A DNA stretch of 63,596 nucleotides, filler included, from Octopus bimaculoides (taxonomy: Eukaryota), in assembly GCF_001194135.2 (NCBI RefSeq). It is 8 parts of 8 records of this genome, joined end to end, with 100 filler letters (N's around TTAATTAATTAA, not from the genome) between each part and the next. Parts side by side here need not be neighbours in the genome. Positions count along the whole stretch, not along the records: positions 1 to 7,971 come from NC_069009.1; positions 8,072 to 16,783 come from NC_068983.1; 6 more parts are not named here. One strand, given 5' to 3'. Shown here piece after piece: positions 1 to 12,079 of the stretch. A model generated the notes under the pieces. That model was given only the letters and a program-made list of their open reading frames with translations. It did not search any database and was not told the origin of the DNA. How positions within the stretch are numbered: the first letter of the stretch is position 1; every line of letters starts with the position of its first letter. A program made the position numbers and the translations under genes.

Positions 1-261
1 AATCATTAATGCCTGGCTCCAATGGTTAAATTATTTTCTGCTAGCTTTGTTGAAATAATCTTTGCATTTTCAAACAGCTCATTGCTGATAATATTAACCA
101 ATCAGCAAAGAAGCTAATTGTTGAAACAGGAAGCCGTTAAATGCGGAAACTGAGATAAAAAACAAAAAAAACATGTGTCCTTGAGATATCGGTTTCAAAT
201 CAAGAGTAAAAGACAAAAACTTTTTTTTTTTGAAAGGAGTAAACCACCATTTGAATTGAAC

Positions 262-413
262 CCAGTGCATAGCTGCTATTTAGTTATTGTCCCTGAAAGT
301 TCGGAAGGCAGAGTCGAGCTCGGCAGAATTTGAACTCAGAACGTAAAGACGGACAAAATGATGCTAAGCATTTTACCCAGGGCGTGTAAACGATTCTGCC
401 CTCTCGTCACCCT
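262..413 (-). mobile_element. tRNA-derived SINE, family B (5' part, decayed)
   Basis: Reverse complement matches the family-B head and body repeated many times in this window (ggcgagctggcagaa...ttctgagttcaaattc B-box...gtcgac). Confidence 0.7.
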
Positions 414-493
414 CTTCTTCAGACGTTAATTATTCACTCTGAAGATACAAAGAACATAACACATCTTGTTATCTAATTTCTAAGATAATTTCA

Positions 494-654
494 AGGAGTG
501 GCTGTGCGGTAAGAGGTTACGGGTTCAGTCCCACCGCGTGGCATCTCGTGAGTGTATTTGGTAGACGGAAACTGAAAGAATCCTGTCGTACATATGTATA
601 TATATATATTGACAGACCAGTTACTGGTCATTTTTATATACACAAGTATATATA

Positions 655-687
<33 letters not shown>

Positions 688-920
688 GTGGGTGTATATA
701 TGTTTGTGTGTCTGTGTTTGTCCTCCTAACATCGTTTGACAACCGATGCTGGTGTGTTTACGTCCCTGTAACTTAGCGGTTCGGCAAAAAGAGACCGATA
801 GAATAAGTAAGTTCTAGGCTTACAAAGAATAAGTCCTGGGGTTGATTTGCTCGACTGAAGGTGGTGCTCCAGCATGGCCACAGTCAAATGACTGAAACAA
901 GTAAAAGAGTAAAAGAGTAA
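494..920 (+). mobile_element. tRNA-derived SINE, family A (CORE-like, internal TA/TG microsatellite), internally deleted
   Basis: Head ggagtggctgtgcggtaag...gggttcagtccc; body ggtagacggaaactgaaagaa; 3' end ctccagcatggccacagtcaaatgactgaaacaagtaaaagag with an (agtaaaag)n tail, as in the copies at 16542, 21822 and 22749. Confidence 0.85.
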
Positions 921-2554
921 TGTTTTTTTTTACTCTCTTCCTTTCTTGTGTATATTCTTTATATATTTTATTTGTTGTTGATATCTAACAATAAAGACAA
1001 TCTTATCTGTACCCCATTCTCTAAATCAAGCAGGTAAATAACAACATGACTGCCCAGCCTCGAGATCTTTAGCGAGACACCATTTTATGTATGAAAGTAC
1101 CTGATGTGACCCAAACTGCAAGATTGACGCAGCATAATATGGTGCAGAGCATCCAAACCCATACAGGACAGTTGCAGGGTGGGTCGAAACTATCGTCTAC
1201 GAAATAAAAAGTTGTACCAATTCCATCTTCTGTTTACTTCATCGATTATTGTTTCAACTAACACTGCAGAATACCCGAAGAGAATCCAAAGGAAATATAC
1301 CACAACTGCGGTTGACATCAGGTAGCCCAAACTGTGGCAGTGCTTTACTCAACACATCAACACACTAATTGATGTATACTTACTAGTACAAAATATTATA
1401 TATATATATATAACATATACATATATANNNNNNNNNNNNNNNNNNNNNNNNNNNNNNNNNNNNNNNNNNNNNNNNNNNNNNNNNNNNNNNNNNNNNNNNN
1501 NNNNNNNNNNNNNNNNNNNNNNNNNNNNNNNNNNNNNNNNNNNNNNNNNNNNNNNNNNNNNNNNNNNNNNNNNNNNNNNNNNNNNNNNNNNNNNNNNNNN
1601 NNNNNNNNNNNNNNNNNNNNNNNNNNNNNNNNNNNNNNNNNNNNNNNNNNNNNNNNNNNNNNNNNNNNNNNNNNNNNNNNNNNNNNNNNNNNNNNNNNNN
1701 NNNNNNNNNNNNNNNNNNNNNNNNNNNNNNNNNNNNNNNNNNNNNNNNNNNNNNNNNNNNNNNNNNNNNNNNNNNNNNNNNNNNNNNNNNNNNNNNNNNN
1801 NNNNNNNNNNNNNNNNNNNNNNNNNNNNNNNNNNNNNNNNNNNNNNNNNNNNNNNNNNNNNNNNNNNNNNNNNNNNNNNNNNNNNNNNNNNNNNNNNNNN
1901 NNNNNNNNNNNNNNNNNNNNNNNNNNNNNNNNNNNNNNNNNNNNNNNNNNNNNNNNNNNNNNNNNNNNNNNNNNNNNNNNNNNNNNNNNNNNNNNNNNNN
2001 NNNNNNNNNNNNNNNNNNNNNNNNNNNNNNNNNNNNNNNNNNNNNNNNNNNNNNNNNNNNNNNNNNNNNNNNNNNNNNNNNNNNNNNNNNNNNNNNNNNN
2101 NNNNNNNNNNNNNNNNNNNNNNNNNNNNNNNNNNNNNNNNNNNNNNNNNNNNNNNNNNNNNNNNNNNNNNNNNNNNNNNNNNNNNNNNNNNNNNNNNNNN
2201 NNNNNNNNNNNNNNNNNNGATCGTACTGCATTGCCTCTGGATATCCTTGTTGCTTATCTTGATATATATATATATATACATATATATATGTAAATAATAT
2301 ATAATATATATATGCACTCACACACAATATATCATAAATTGATAAACATACATAGACATGTGTGTATACATCTGTGCATATGTATGTATATGCATGTATA
2401 TACATGCAGACATACAGAGGCACACATACACACACACATACGAACACACACACACACGCACGCACACACACACACGCACACATACAAACACGCACACATA
2501 CATCTACACACCTACTGCCAACACATGTCAGTATGAAAAATGGATTTAAATGAA

Positions 2555-2611
<57 letters not shown>
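2555..2611. repeat. (GAT)n microsatellite
   Basis: Perfect trinucleotide run; source of the poly-D and poly-H ORFs in the track. Confidence 0.95.
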
Positions 2612-2613
<2 letters not shown>

Positions 2614-3126
2614 CCTTCAATACTGTACCGTTGATGTCCTAACATCTTTGGAACACCCCATTTCTTATTCAGCCCTATATTTCACCAGCACTCTTACCAC
2701 AGTCTGTTTGATATTGACATCGATCTATCACACCCATCATTCATTGTGGTGTCTTAATTGTCGTCCCCTTAATCAACTCCATGGCTGGTGTCAGGATAGG
2801 TTACACCTAGGGCACTTTGTAATACGGTTGATATGAAGAAAGACAACTAAGAAGAGAAAACAAGACCCTAATGTTCAATAACAAAGGTTGGGGGAGTACC
2901 TTGAAGGAACTTACACCGCACATATACATATGTGCGTATATATTGACGCGAAACTGCTATGATATTTTGCATTATTGACTGATGAGGAAAACTCAGGTGC
3001 GAATATTCCCTGCATCGTGTCTTAGCCTATATTACCCGTCCGTTAAGTCTGCATTTAGTTTCCCGATCGATCTGCTTTCGTCTACCTTGTATTCTTTCCG
3101 TTCGACCGTTTGATACCTCCATGTAG

Positions 3127-3235
3127 CTGCGATGGACTGGCGTCCCGTCCAGCTAGGTGGAGGGGGGGGACATATACGCCATAGAAACCGGGAAACCGGG
3201 CCCATAAGCCTGGCTAGGTTTTAAAAGGGCGCATA
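3127..3235 (+). mobile_element. SINE 3' fragment with V-domain-like motif
   Basis: ctgcgatggactggcgtcccgtccag...gaaaccgggaaaccgg; related to the fragments at 19207 and 20141. The V-domain resemblance is from memory. Confidence 0.5.
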
Positions 3236-3290
3236 CATAAAAAAAATTTTTTAATTAACTTAAAGGTTTTTTAATTCCGATTTTACTCTC

Positions 3291-3344
<54 letters not shown>

Positions 3345-3805
3345 TAATATATATATGTNNNNNNNNNNNNNNNNNNNNNNNNNNNNNNNNNNNNNNNNNN
3401 NNNNNNNNNNNNNNNNNNNNNNNNNNNNNNNNNNNNNNNNNNNNNNNNNNNNNNNNNNNNNNNNNNNNNNNNNNNNNNNNNNNNNNNNNNNNNNNNNNNN
3501 NNNNNNNNNNNNNNNNNNNNNNNNNNNNNNNNNNNNNNNNNNNNNNNNNNNNNNNNNNNNNNNNNNNNNNNNNNNNNNNNNNNNNNNNNNNNNNNNNNNN
3601 NNNNNNNNNNNNNNNNNNNNNNNNNNNNNNNNNNNNNNNNNNNNNNNNNNNNNNNNNNNNNNNNNNNNNNNNNNNNNNNNNNNNNNNNNNNNNNNNNNNN
3701 NNNNNNNNNNNNNNNNNNNNNNNNNNNNNNNNNNNNNNNNNNNNNNNNNNNNNNNNNNNNNNNNNNNNNNNNNNNNNNNNNNNNNNNNNNNNNNNNNNNN
3801 NNNNN

Positions 3806-3844
<39 letters not shown>

Positions 3845-5151
3845 CTCTATTTATCTGTAGTGCGAACCTGATACGCCTACTAATACACACATACATAAAT
3901 ATAAGCGTGAACACATAGATATAACATATAGACATACATACACAACATTTACTGCTATAATTGATGTCAAGATTTGTCAATTGCATACGTGATTAAATGC
4001 ACAACGGATTATGCGGAAAGTTTATACTACACACAGACACATACTCACGTATAGAGACACACATATACACATACATTCGTAAGCGGATGCACATATGCAC
4101 ATGCATGCACACGTGCACTCTTATCTGAAATTACGTCTAAATATCTAGACACTAAACACTCCTCCATAAATAGACAACATTCAAGACAAAATCCTCTGCA
4201 GTTTTTCTAACACACTGAACTTGCAGTATATTCCTCTTTACACTCCAGCTGAAATTCACTTATTAACTCTGGTAAATATTATTCTTCTAATCATTTTAAT
4301 TAACACACTATTTTATAACTGTTTTGTATCGTTAAAGGCTCATGAGAACTATTTCAAATATAAATATACTTCAATACTGAAATTGCTTTATTTTCAGGCA
4401 GTATACTATTGACTAGAAACTGTTAAAACATTTTTCAGTGTTACGTTACAAATAAAACATTTCATTTACATTTACAGAATATAAAGTATTGTCTGGTTTT
4501 AACTACGTAAAATCTATTCGAGGGAAAATAGTGGTTATAACAATATTCCTATTATTACACAGCATTTAATGTATTTTACAGTTAATTTGTAATTCTGGGG
4601 TGAAATTGTAAATATGTCAGTCAATTTCATGGACGTAAAATTGACGGTTTTTCCTAAGCTTTTTTTTTTTTTTATAAAGTTAGTGAGGGAGAGAAGAACC
4701 CTTTATTTTCTCCAGGGCCTCTGATTGCTGAATGGGAGGAATATATCCTCAAAACAGAGTCCCGAACATGAATACGTACAACAGAGAAATCCTCTCCTAA
4801 CCGCAGCCTGACGGTCAGATAGAGACGTTAAATTAGACGTTTGATTATGCATAACACATGGGAAGGCCACAGTCGGATTTGAACTTAAATCATAAAGAGC
4901 CAAACCAAATACTGCACGGCATCTCTTGCAATGTTTAATGATTCTATACGAACACAAGCTCTGAGTGTTGTTTTATTTATCGACCCCATGGATGTTAAAA
5001 AGCAAAATTGACCTCGACACAATTTGAACCCACTATGTAGAGAGTGAAAATAAATACCTACCGCAAGCTATTTTTTTTAACATTCTAATGAGTTTTACTC
5101 CTTCAATGAAATTTTTGAAACTGATTTTAATCTTAATATTAAACTGAATCT

Positions 5152-5337
5152 AAGGCGGCGAGCGGGCAGAAATGTTAGCACGCCGCCTTCGGTATTTCGT
5201 CTGTTTTTACGTTCCGAGTTCAAATTCCGACGAGGTCGACTTTGCCTTTCGGGGTCGATAAATTACGTACCAGTTGCGTACTGGGTCGATTTAATCCCCA
5301 AAATTTTCGGGCCTTGTGCCTAAAGTAGAAACGAATT
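5152..5337 (+). mobile_element. SINE family B, tail type B2
   Basis: ggcggcgagcgggcagaa head, gagttcaaattcc B-box, tail ccccaaaattttcgggccttgtgcctaaagtagaaa. Confidence 0.85.
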
Positions 5338-5585
5338 TAGCCTGTATTTATATTTTGAAGTAAACAAAAAGAATTGTTTAAATATTAAACAATTTGTTGA
5401 CATATATTTTTCTCTCAGTAATATATTTTGTTGCTTTTCTTCTAATATATATATGTATATATATANNNNNNNNNNNNNNNNNNNNNNNNNNNNNNATATA
5501 TATATATATATATATACATTCGCCATGCTGGCCCGCTGAATCTACAATTCTTTTTTCATTCTCTTTCTGTTTATTTTCTCTTATT

Positions 5586-5623
5586 TCTTTCCGATGAAGG
5601 CCGTAGGCTCGAAACGTAAAATA
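5586..5623 (+). ncRNA. degenerate minimal type-I hammerhead ribozyme motif
   Basis: tcttt-CCGATGA-a.g.gcc-gta-ggc.t.c-GAAA-cgt-A-aaata. Palindromic ACGT stem III; mismatches at U4, at the first stem II pair and in stem I. Confidence 0.4.
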
Positions 5624-5899
5624 CTTTTTCATTTTCCCGAGCGTCAAAGTAATACACTCGCTTGTTGTTCATACACTTGTTAGGTTTATTAGTGTGAGGA
5701 GGAACACTCAGTTAATACTTTAGATAAACTGAAGTTTCTAATATTTATGTTATTTTATGCAAGCTTTTAGAACCATACCACCAAATTCTTATATTGTTGT
5801 TTATGTCATTTTTTAAGTTCTTAAAAAAACTAGTTTACTTCCTCTTTTATCATCTTTCATTCAAAAGACATGGATGTGCATGATATTATGAACAAAATT

Positions 5900-6460
5900 A
5901 GGAATGGCAACTTTCAAGATGTCAAGCGATTTATCCCAAAAAATCCAGATAAAGTAAGTTTTCCTGTTCATTGCCTTTTCAATGTTGAATATTTGCCTAT
6001 TATTTCATGCATGACATTAAATTTTCATAACTAACCACATATATTTGTCCATATTTCATTTCGTTCTCACCTCTTTCCTCTAACCATCATAATTGTTACT
6101 TTCTATAAATACCTAACCAAAGCTTAAAGCATTGCAGTGTTGATGGGATGAGAGTTGGAAAGAAGTCCATCATCGCACACTGCAATGAAGTATTCTCGCA
6201 GGAAATACTCAGTCCAAGTGTCGAGACACATATGGAGTCATTAAGTGGATAGTAACTTTGTCAACAAAGCCTTCCACAAAGAGTTGAAGTTTTTACTGAT
6301 GTCAAAGGCTCAAATATTTCTTTTGGGAAATTTTTCAAACATAGGAAAACACTAGTGCCATAGCAACCAAACCCCCACTGCACCTGGCTTTATAGAATTG
6401 TACTGGTGCTCATTGAATTGATACAAATACCCGAAGAGCTAACGATGGTGGTTATTTATG
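5900..6460 (-). pseudogene. decayed non-LTR retrotransposon RT fragment (CR1/Jockey-group-like)
   Basis: Manual minus-strand translation gives QFYKARCSGGLVA...AFDISKNFNSLWKALLTKLLST**...EYFIAVCDDGLLSNSHPINTAML. This resembles the RT segment QYGFR..RSTGDLL / ALDISKAFDRVWH.ALL.KL / IAV.VDG.LS....IN.GVPQG. Boundaries are approximate. Confidence 0.55.
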
Positions 6461-7382
6461 ACATTTTACTTCATAATTGAATTATTAGAAGTTAGAGTAA
6501 CAGGCCTTTTTTCAGCAGATGAGATACTGTCTGCAAGAATATAGGTCACAGCTTCTCAGTGAGAGTAGCGCCACCCCTGTGTGAGGGCTGTAGAAAATTT
6601 TATACGGACTGGTGTCCAAGGTGACAGTGGTGGTACATATACGTGAAACACAACGTGTACCTGAATTTAACTGAAGCCTGTGATAAAGGTTGGATCTGAA
6701 ACTGAAGTGAAGTTGTGACACATCAAATATTGACTATGATAAGTAGTCAACGATGTCAAGACTAGGATCCAGAACAAAATTACTCTGATGTGATATTAAC
6801 TGAGCAGACATTAGAAATGACAGGAATTGAATGACAGCAATGGAAAGAAGCTTAGGGATATTGTTAGTCAGAGAAAAGAAACCATATTTTAAAAGTTTAA
6901 GTAACACTTGTATAGAGTCAACATGATTAGGGAGCAGTTGGTAGAATGAAGCTGTAAAATCTATAGAAATTCTCTTCATAAGAGACCAGAAGTCTTGGCT
7001 TTAATTTGGGACAGTTGGTGAAATGAATATAAAACATTCGTTACTTTCTTGAAGACTGTTTTACACGTAATTCGATGGTGGGTGAATACCAGTTAGTGAT
7101 GTTAAATGTTTTCCTCCAGATGATGTTGACAGTGTTGTTTGTCTGGACAGCTGTAACACAGTTATGTATGAACCACTCACAAGTTCTTACATACCAATGA
7201 AAGCCTTGATAATGCTGCTTTATTTAGGCTTAAACTACTCACTGATGTCTTAATATTTCTCATTTTCTTCATCGTTTTTGCATCTACTTTTTCACATTTT
7301 GAACATATTCAACAGAGGTTAGTGTCATTCAGAAGTTTATACAGATAACTATTTACAAATAAAGAAATGATTTCAAGAATTA

Positions 7383-7591
7383 GATTAAATCCAATGATGA
7401 GAATTAATTATCATTTTGAATAATACAGGGTAGAATCTCTTCAGGGCTTTTTGGCTTTTTTGAAGAAAAAAGAAAGGTTACATGTTTATGGAATGGATTA
7501 AATTAATATACTAGTATAAACCGAAAACCCTGAAGAGATTCTACTCTATATTATTCAAAATGATAATTAATTCTCATTACTGGATTTAATC
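7383..7591. repeat. fold-back inverted repeat, 64-bp arms
   Basis: 7383-7446 vs the reverse complement of 7528-7591: 4 mismatches in 64 bp; 81-bp spacer. Confidence 0.9.
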
Positions 7592-7971
7592 CAATTTTTT
7601 ACTTTATGCATTTATAGGCTGGAATTGAAACGTACGTATGTTTTTTTAAATTTTATTTGTGTTAAGATTTTATCTTGTAAGTATGTTGACAAATTATTTT
7701 ACACTCTAGCCAACTCTCCATCTTCTCACCTTTTATGATATATGTATATCCGGATACGTTCGTGCTGCAGATCGAGGTGAGAGGGATAACTTCCCTTGGC
7801 AAACAGGACACAGTCGTGTGTCGATAAGCCAGCTGGAGGAGATGTCCTCCTGGGGCTAAAAGCAACAGTAACATCCACCCCTAGGGGTCAGCCACACTTA
7901 AGTGGCAATATACTACACTTTATCGTGCAGTTACTGTTAATACTTCATTTAGAGAATTAACATTGCTTATA

Positions 7972-8071
7972 NNNNNNNNNNNNNNNNNNNNNNNNNNNNN
8001 NNNNNNNNNNNNNNNTTAATTAATTAANNNNNNNNNNNNNNNNNNNNNNNNNNNNNNNNNNNNNNNNNNNN
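7972..8071. other. assembly gap with artificial linker (44 N + TTAATTAATTAA + 44 N)
   Basis: The same 12-mer sits inside a 100-bp gap seven times: linkers at 8016, 16828, 23152, 29776, 48060, 52616 and 60175. It is a palindrome with TAA in all six frames. Confidence 0.95.
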
Positions 8072-8210
8072 AAGGTCGACTTTGCTTTCTTCCTTTCAGG
8101 GTCGATTAAATAAATACCAGTTACACACTAGGGTCAATGTAATCGACTTTATCCCTTTGTCTGTCCTTGTTTGTCCCCTCTATGTTTAACCCCCTGTGGG
8201 CAATAAAAAA
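8072..8210 (+). mobile_element. SINE family B, tail type B1 (3' part)
   Basis: ggtcgactttgc...ccctttgtctgtccttgtttgtcccctctatgtttaacccctgtgggcaataaa. Confidence 0.85.
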
Positions 8211-8240
8211 TATTATTATTATCATCATATTTTTTATTTG

Positions 8241-8465
8241 TTTATTGCCCACAGGGGGCTAAACATAGAGGGGACAAACAAGGACAGACAAAGGAATGAA
8301 GTCGATTACATCGACCGCAGTGCGTAACTGGTATTTATTTAATCAACCCTGAAAGGAAGAAAGCAAAGTCAACCTTAGCAGAATTTGAACTCAGAATGTA
8401 ACGGGAGACGAAATAGTGCTAAACATTTCACCTAGTGTGCTAACGATTCTGCCAGCTCACCACCT
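8241..8465 (-). mobile_element. SINE family B, tail B1, full length
   Basis: Reverse complement of the family-B head, B-box and B1 tail. Confidence 0.85.
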
Positions 8466-8555
8466 TATTAGTAAAAATAACAATAATATATCATTATCGT
8501 TATTATTTTCATTATTACTATTATCATTATCATTATTATTATTATTATAATTATT

Positions 8556-8680
8556 AAGGTGGTGAGCTGGGAGAATCGTTAGCATGCCGGGTGAAATGCA
8601 TAGTGCTATTTCCTTTGCCACAACATTCAGTGTTCAAATTCTACCAAGGTCAACTTTGGCTTTCATCCTTTCGGGGTCAA
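8556..8680 (+). mobile_element. SINE family B (5' part)
   Basis: ggtggtgagctgggagaatcgttagc...gtgttcaaattc...cctttcggggtc. Confidence 0.8.
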
Positions 8681-8690
8681 TATATACGAA

Positions 8691-8885
8691 TAAGTGGGCA
8701 TCCGATATGCTAGAAAGAGGTCATCAACAACCCAACCACAAAGAAAAATAATGTTCTCTAGAAAAAATTCAGGAATTACCAAATTAGTGATTACTGGTGA
8801 TTGTTGAATTTTTTCTAGAGAACATTATTTTTCTTTGTGGTTGGGTTATTGATGACCTCTTTCTAGCATATCGGATGTCCACTTA
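8691..8885. repeat. near-perfect fold-back inverted repeat, 81-bp arms
   Basis: 8691-8771 vs the reverse complement of 8805-8885: 2 mismatches in 81 bp; 33-bp spacer. Confidence 0.92.
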
Positions 8886-10498
8886 GTGCCTGATGCCTTG
8901 CGTTTGTGTGCAGTGACATCAGTACAAGTTAAGTACAAGGCTTGCTTCCATCAACAATACTCCAAACCAAAAAATAACTGGCTTTGTCGCTAAGTTAGAA
9001 ACCAAAGCTCATTTCTTGCAAGATACTGTTATTTGTTCATTTGTGAAGTTTATTGTTTGCTTGCAGTTTGGACAGCAGTCTTCATCGATTCAAGATATTC
9101 AATCTTCTACGTTCTTTTTTTCATTTGTTAGGCTAAATTCATTGCAAATTCTCATAGCTCTGTTTTGACTCGGGCTTTTATCCTGCTTATACCACGTGTG
9201 GTATCTAGGATACAATTAAGCGGCTGGTTATTTCGTTGGATGTTTCCATGGAGAATTATGCTAGCTTCATCATAATTTTGAGTTACAGGAATTTTTTTGC
9301 CAAGCCTATTCTTTTATCTTTCTGAAATACATTTTTTTTTTATGTAAGTGGATGGTCAATTCTGTGTTATTTTTTTTTCCAATATTTTAAGGGCTGATTT
9401 ATTGTATATTGGTTGTTTCTCTCGTACAATTCTCCTTCCATTGAAGAGGCTTGTGTATTTATGTGTGGCGTATTATGTTGTAATGCTTTCATTAGTTTGC
9501 AAAAACACATATTTCTTTTTTTGTGAGACTGCTTTTCTTCTTTAATTTTCAGTGTGTATTCTTTCAATGAGTTTTCTTAATTTTTTCTGACATCTTTTTA
9601 TCATAATGAATTTCCATACATTTTCTAATGTGTTTTCATTTTATTTTATTTTTTTTTATTTCTTCATTTTCGTTTTCCTTCATAACTCTATTTTATGATG
9701 CTTGTGTGTCTTGTATAAAGTGGTGGACGCATAATATAAGTGCAGTGATTCAATATTTTGTTCCTTAGTTAAAAATTCTCTTTAAACTTGTTTGCATTTG
9801 TATTCATCATCATCATCACCACCACCACCGCCACCACCAAAACTGCCCCCCTCCCACACCATTATAATTTTCAACAAAAATGTAAAAATCTCAGCAAACT
9901 TAATGTACAGACTGAAGGTCTCTTTATTTATATTCATATCGATTTTTTTTATTCATCTAATTATACTTTTTTTTTTGGTGATTAATAAACTCATGCTTTT
10001 ATATATATATATATATATNNNNNNNNNNNNNNNNNNNNNNNNNNNNNNNNNNNNNNNNNNNNNNNNNNNNNNNNNNNNNNNNNNNNNNNNNNNNNNNNNN
10101 NNNNNNNNNNNNNNNNNNNNNNNNNNNNNNNNNNNNNNNNNNNNNNNNNNNNNNNNNNNNNNNNNNNNNNNNNNNNNNNNNNNNNNNNNNNNNNNNNNNN
10201 NNNNNNNNNNNNNNNNNNNNNNNNNNNNNNNNNNNNNNNNNNNNNNNNNNNNNNNNNNNNNNNNNNNNNNNNNNNNNNNNNNNNNNNNNNNNNNNNNNNN
10301 NNNNNNNNNNNNNNNNNNNNNNNNNNNNNNNNNNNNNNNNNNNNNNNNNNNNNNNNNNNNNNNNNNNNNNNNNNNNNNNNNNNNNNNNNNNNNNNNNNNN
10401 NNNNNNNNNNNNNNNNNNNNNNNNNNNNNNNNNNNNNNNNNNNNNNNNNNNNNNNNNNNNNNNNNNNNNNNNNNNNNNNNNNNNNNNNNNNNNNNNNN

Positions 10499-10515
10499 TG
10501 TGTGTGTGTATGTGT

Positions 10516-10554
<39 letters not shown>

Positions 10555-10770
10555 TGTCTGTGTTTGTTCCCCCAGCATCACTTGACAACCAATAGTGGTG
10601 TGTTTACGTCCTTGTAACCTAGCAGTTCGGCACAAAAGAGACCGATAGAATAAGTACTAGGCTTACAAAGAATAAGTCCTGAGGTCGATTTTCTCGTCTA
10701 AAAGGCGCTGCTCCAGCATGGCCGCAGTAAAATGACTGAAACAAGTAAAAGAGTAAAAGAAAAAGAAAAG
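10499..10770 (+). mobile_element. SINE family A (3' half; 5' half in gap)
   Basis: (TG)n, then gtttgttcccccagcatcacttgacaacc...gactgaaacaagtaaaagag. Confidence 0.85.
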
Positions 10771-11309
10771 AGTGAATATTCAAATACCTGAAAAAATGCT
10801 ATGTATATTTTAAATGTTTTTTTTTTAATCTTTTTATTTTACTTTTATCTCACTTACAGAAGAGGACAAATTCAACCGTTATGATGTTCTCTTAATAGAA
10901 ATCTTGGTCCTTTTGTCTGAAACAATTGTATGGGAATATGAAATATGAAATAATAACTTGATCCATGTTTACATCCAATCTGATTCCTTTATCTCGTTTG
11001 ATGAAATTTATTAAACTTTGGTTTCATAAAATGAGTTTGATGTTGATTATTCCTTTATATACTTTCATACCTATGTGATTTTTGTTATTTTTGAGAAAAT
11101 ATTCGTATATAAAGTATGACGAAACATCACTAGAAATCTACGGAAATAGTTCCTATTATAGGATGAAGATAAATTCATCCAGAAGTGAGTTCAAGTCTCA
11201 TGGCTGGCTGCCAACAGATTTTTCTGCAAAATATAGATAGTTCATCCTGTTGATGCTATATTATTAGCATTATTCTGCGTTTGAGGATAAAATCATTTCC
11301 TTATCTGTA

Positions 11310-11310
11310 T

Positions 11311-11388
<78 letters not shown>
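11310..11388. repeat. (CA)n microsatellite
   Basis: Long dinucleotide run. Confidence 0.95.
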
Positions 11389-11399
<11 letters not shown>

Positions 11400-11954
11400 A
11401 AGGAGGTAGTCAGAGTTTTGGATAATCTTTTAATTAGCACTTTCATTCGNNNNNNNNNNNNNNNNNNNNNNNNNNNNNNNNNNNNNNNNNNNNNNNNNNN
11501 NNNNNNNNNNNNNNNNNNNNNNNNNNNNNNNNNNNNNNNNNNNNNNNNNNNNNNNNNNNNNNNNNNNNNNNNNNNNNNNNNNNNNNNNNNNNNNNNNNNN
11601 NNNNNNNNNNNNNNNNNNNNNNNNNNNNNNNNNNNNNNNNNNNNNNNNNNNNNNNNNNNNNNNNNNNNNNNNNNNNNNNNNNNNNNNNNNNNNNNNNNNN
11701 NNNNNNNNNNNNNNNNNNNNNNNNNNNNNNNNNNNNNNNNNNNNNNNNNNNNNNNNNNNNNNNNNNNNNNNNNNNNNNNNNNNNNNNNNNNNNNNNNNNN
11801 NNNNNNNNNNNNNNNNNNNNNNNNNNNNNNNNNNNNNNNNNNNNNNNNNNNNNNNNNNNNNNNNNNNNNNNNNNNNNNNNNNNNNNNNNNNNNNNNNNNN
11901 NNNNNNNNNNNNNNNNNNNNNNNNNNNNNNNNNNNNNNATATATATATATATAT

Positions 11955-11956
<2 letters not shown>

Positions 11957-12013
<57 letters not shown>

Positions 12014-12079
12014 AAGAGAGGGAGAGAGAGAGAGAAAGAGAGAGCGAGCGAGAGAGAGATAGATAGATAGATAGATAGA
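11957..12079. repeat. (GA)n + (GATA)n microsatellite
   Basis: Direct inspection. Confidence 0.9.

Noticed and set aside
8016-8027. TTAATTAATTAA recurring seven times as a possible regulatory or CRISPR-like repeat
   Set aside because: It is always centred in a 100-bp N gap, so it is an assembly linker.
1270-10940. Isolated strong acceptors or donors at ~1270, ~4459, ~4716 and ~10860
   Set aside because: They give no consistent phase chain or recognisable peptide; such sites arise by chance in AT-rich introns.
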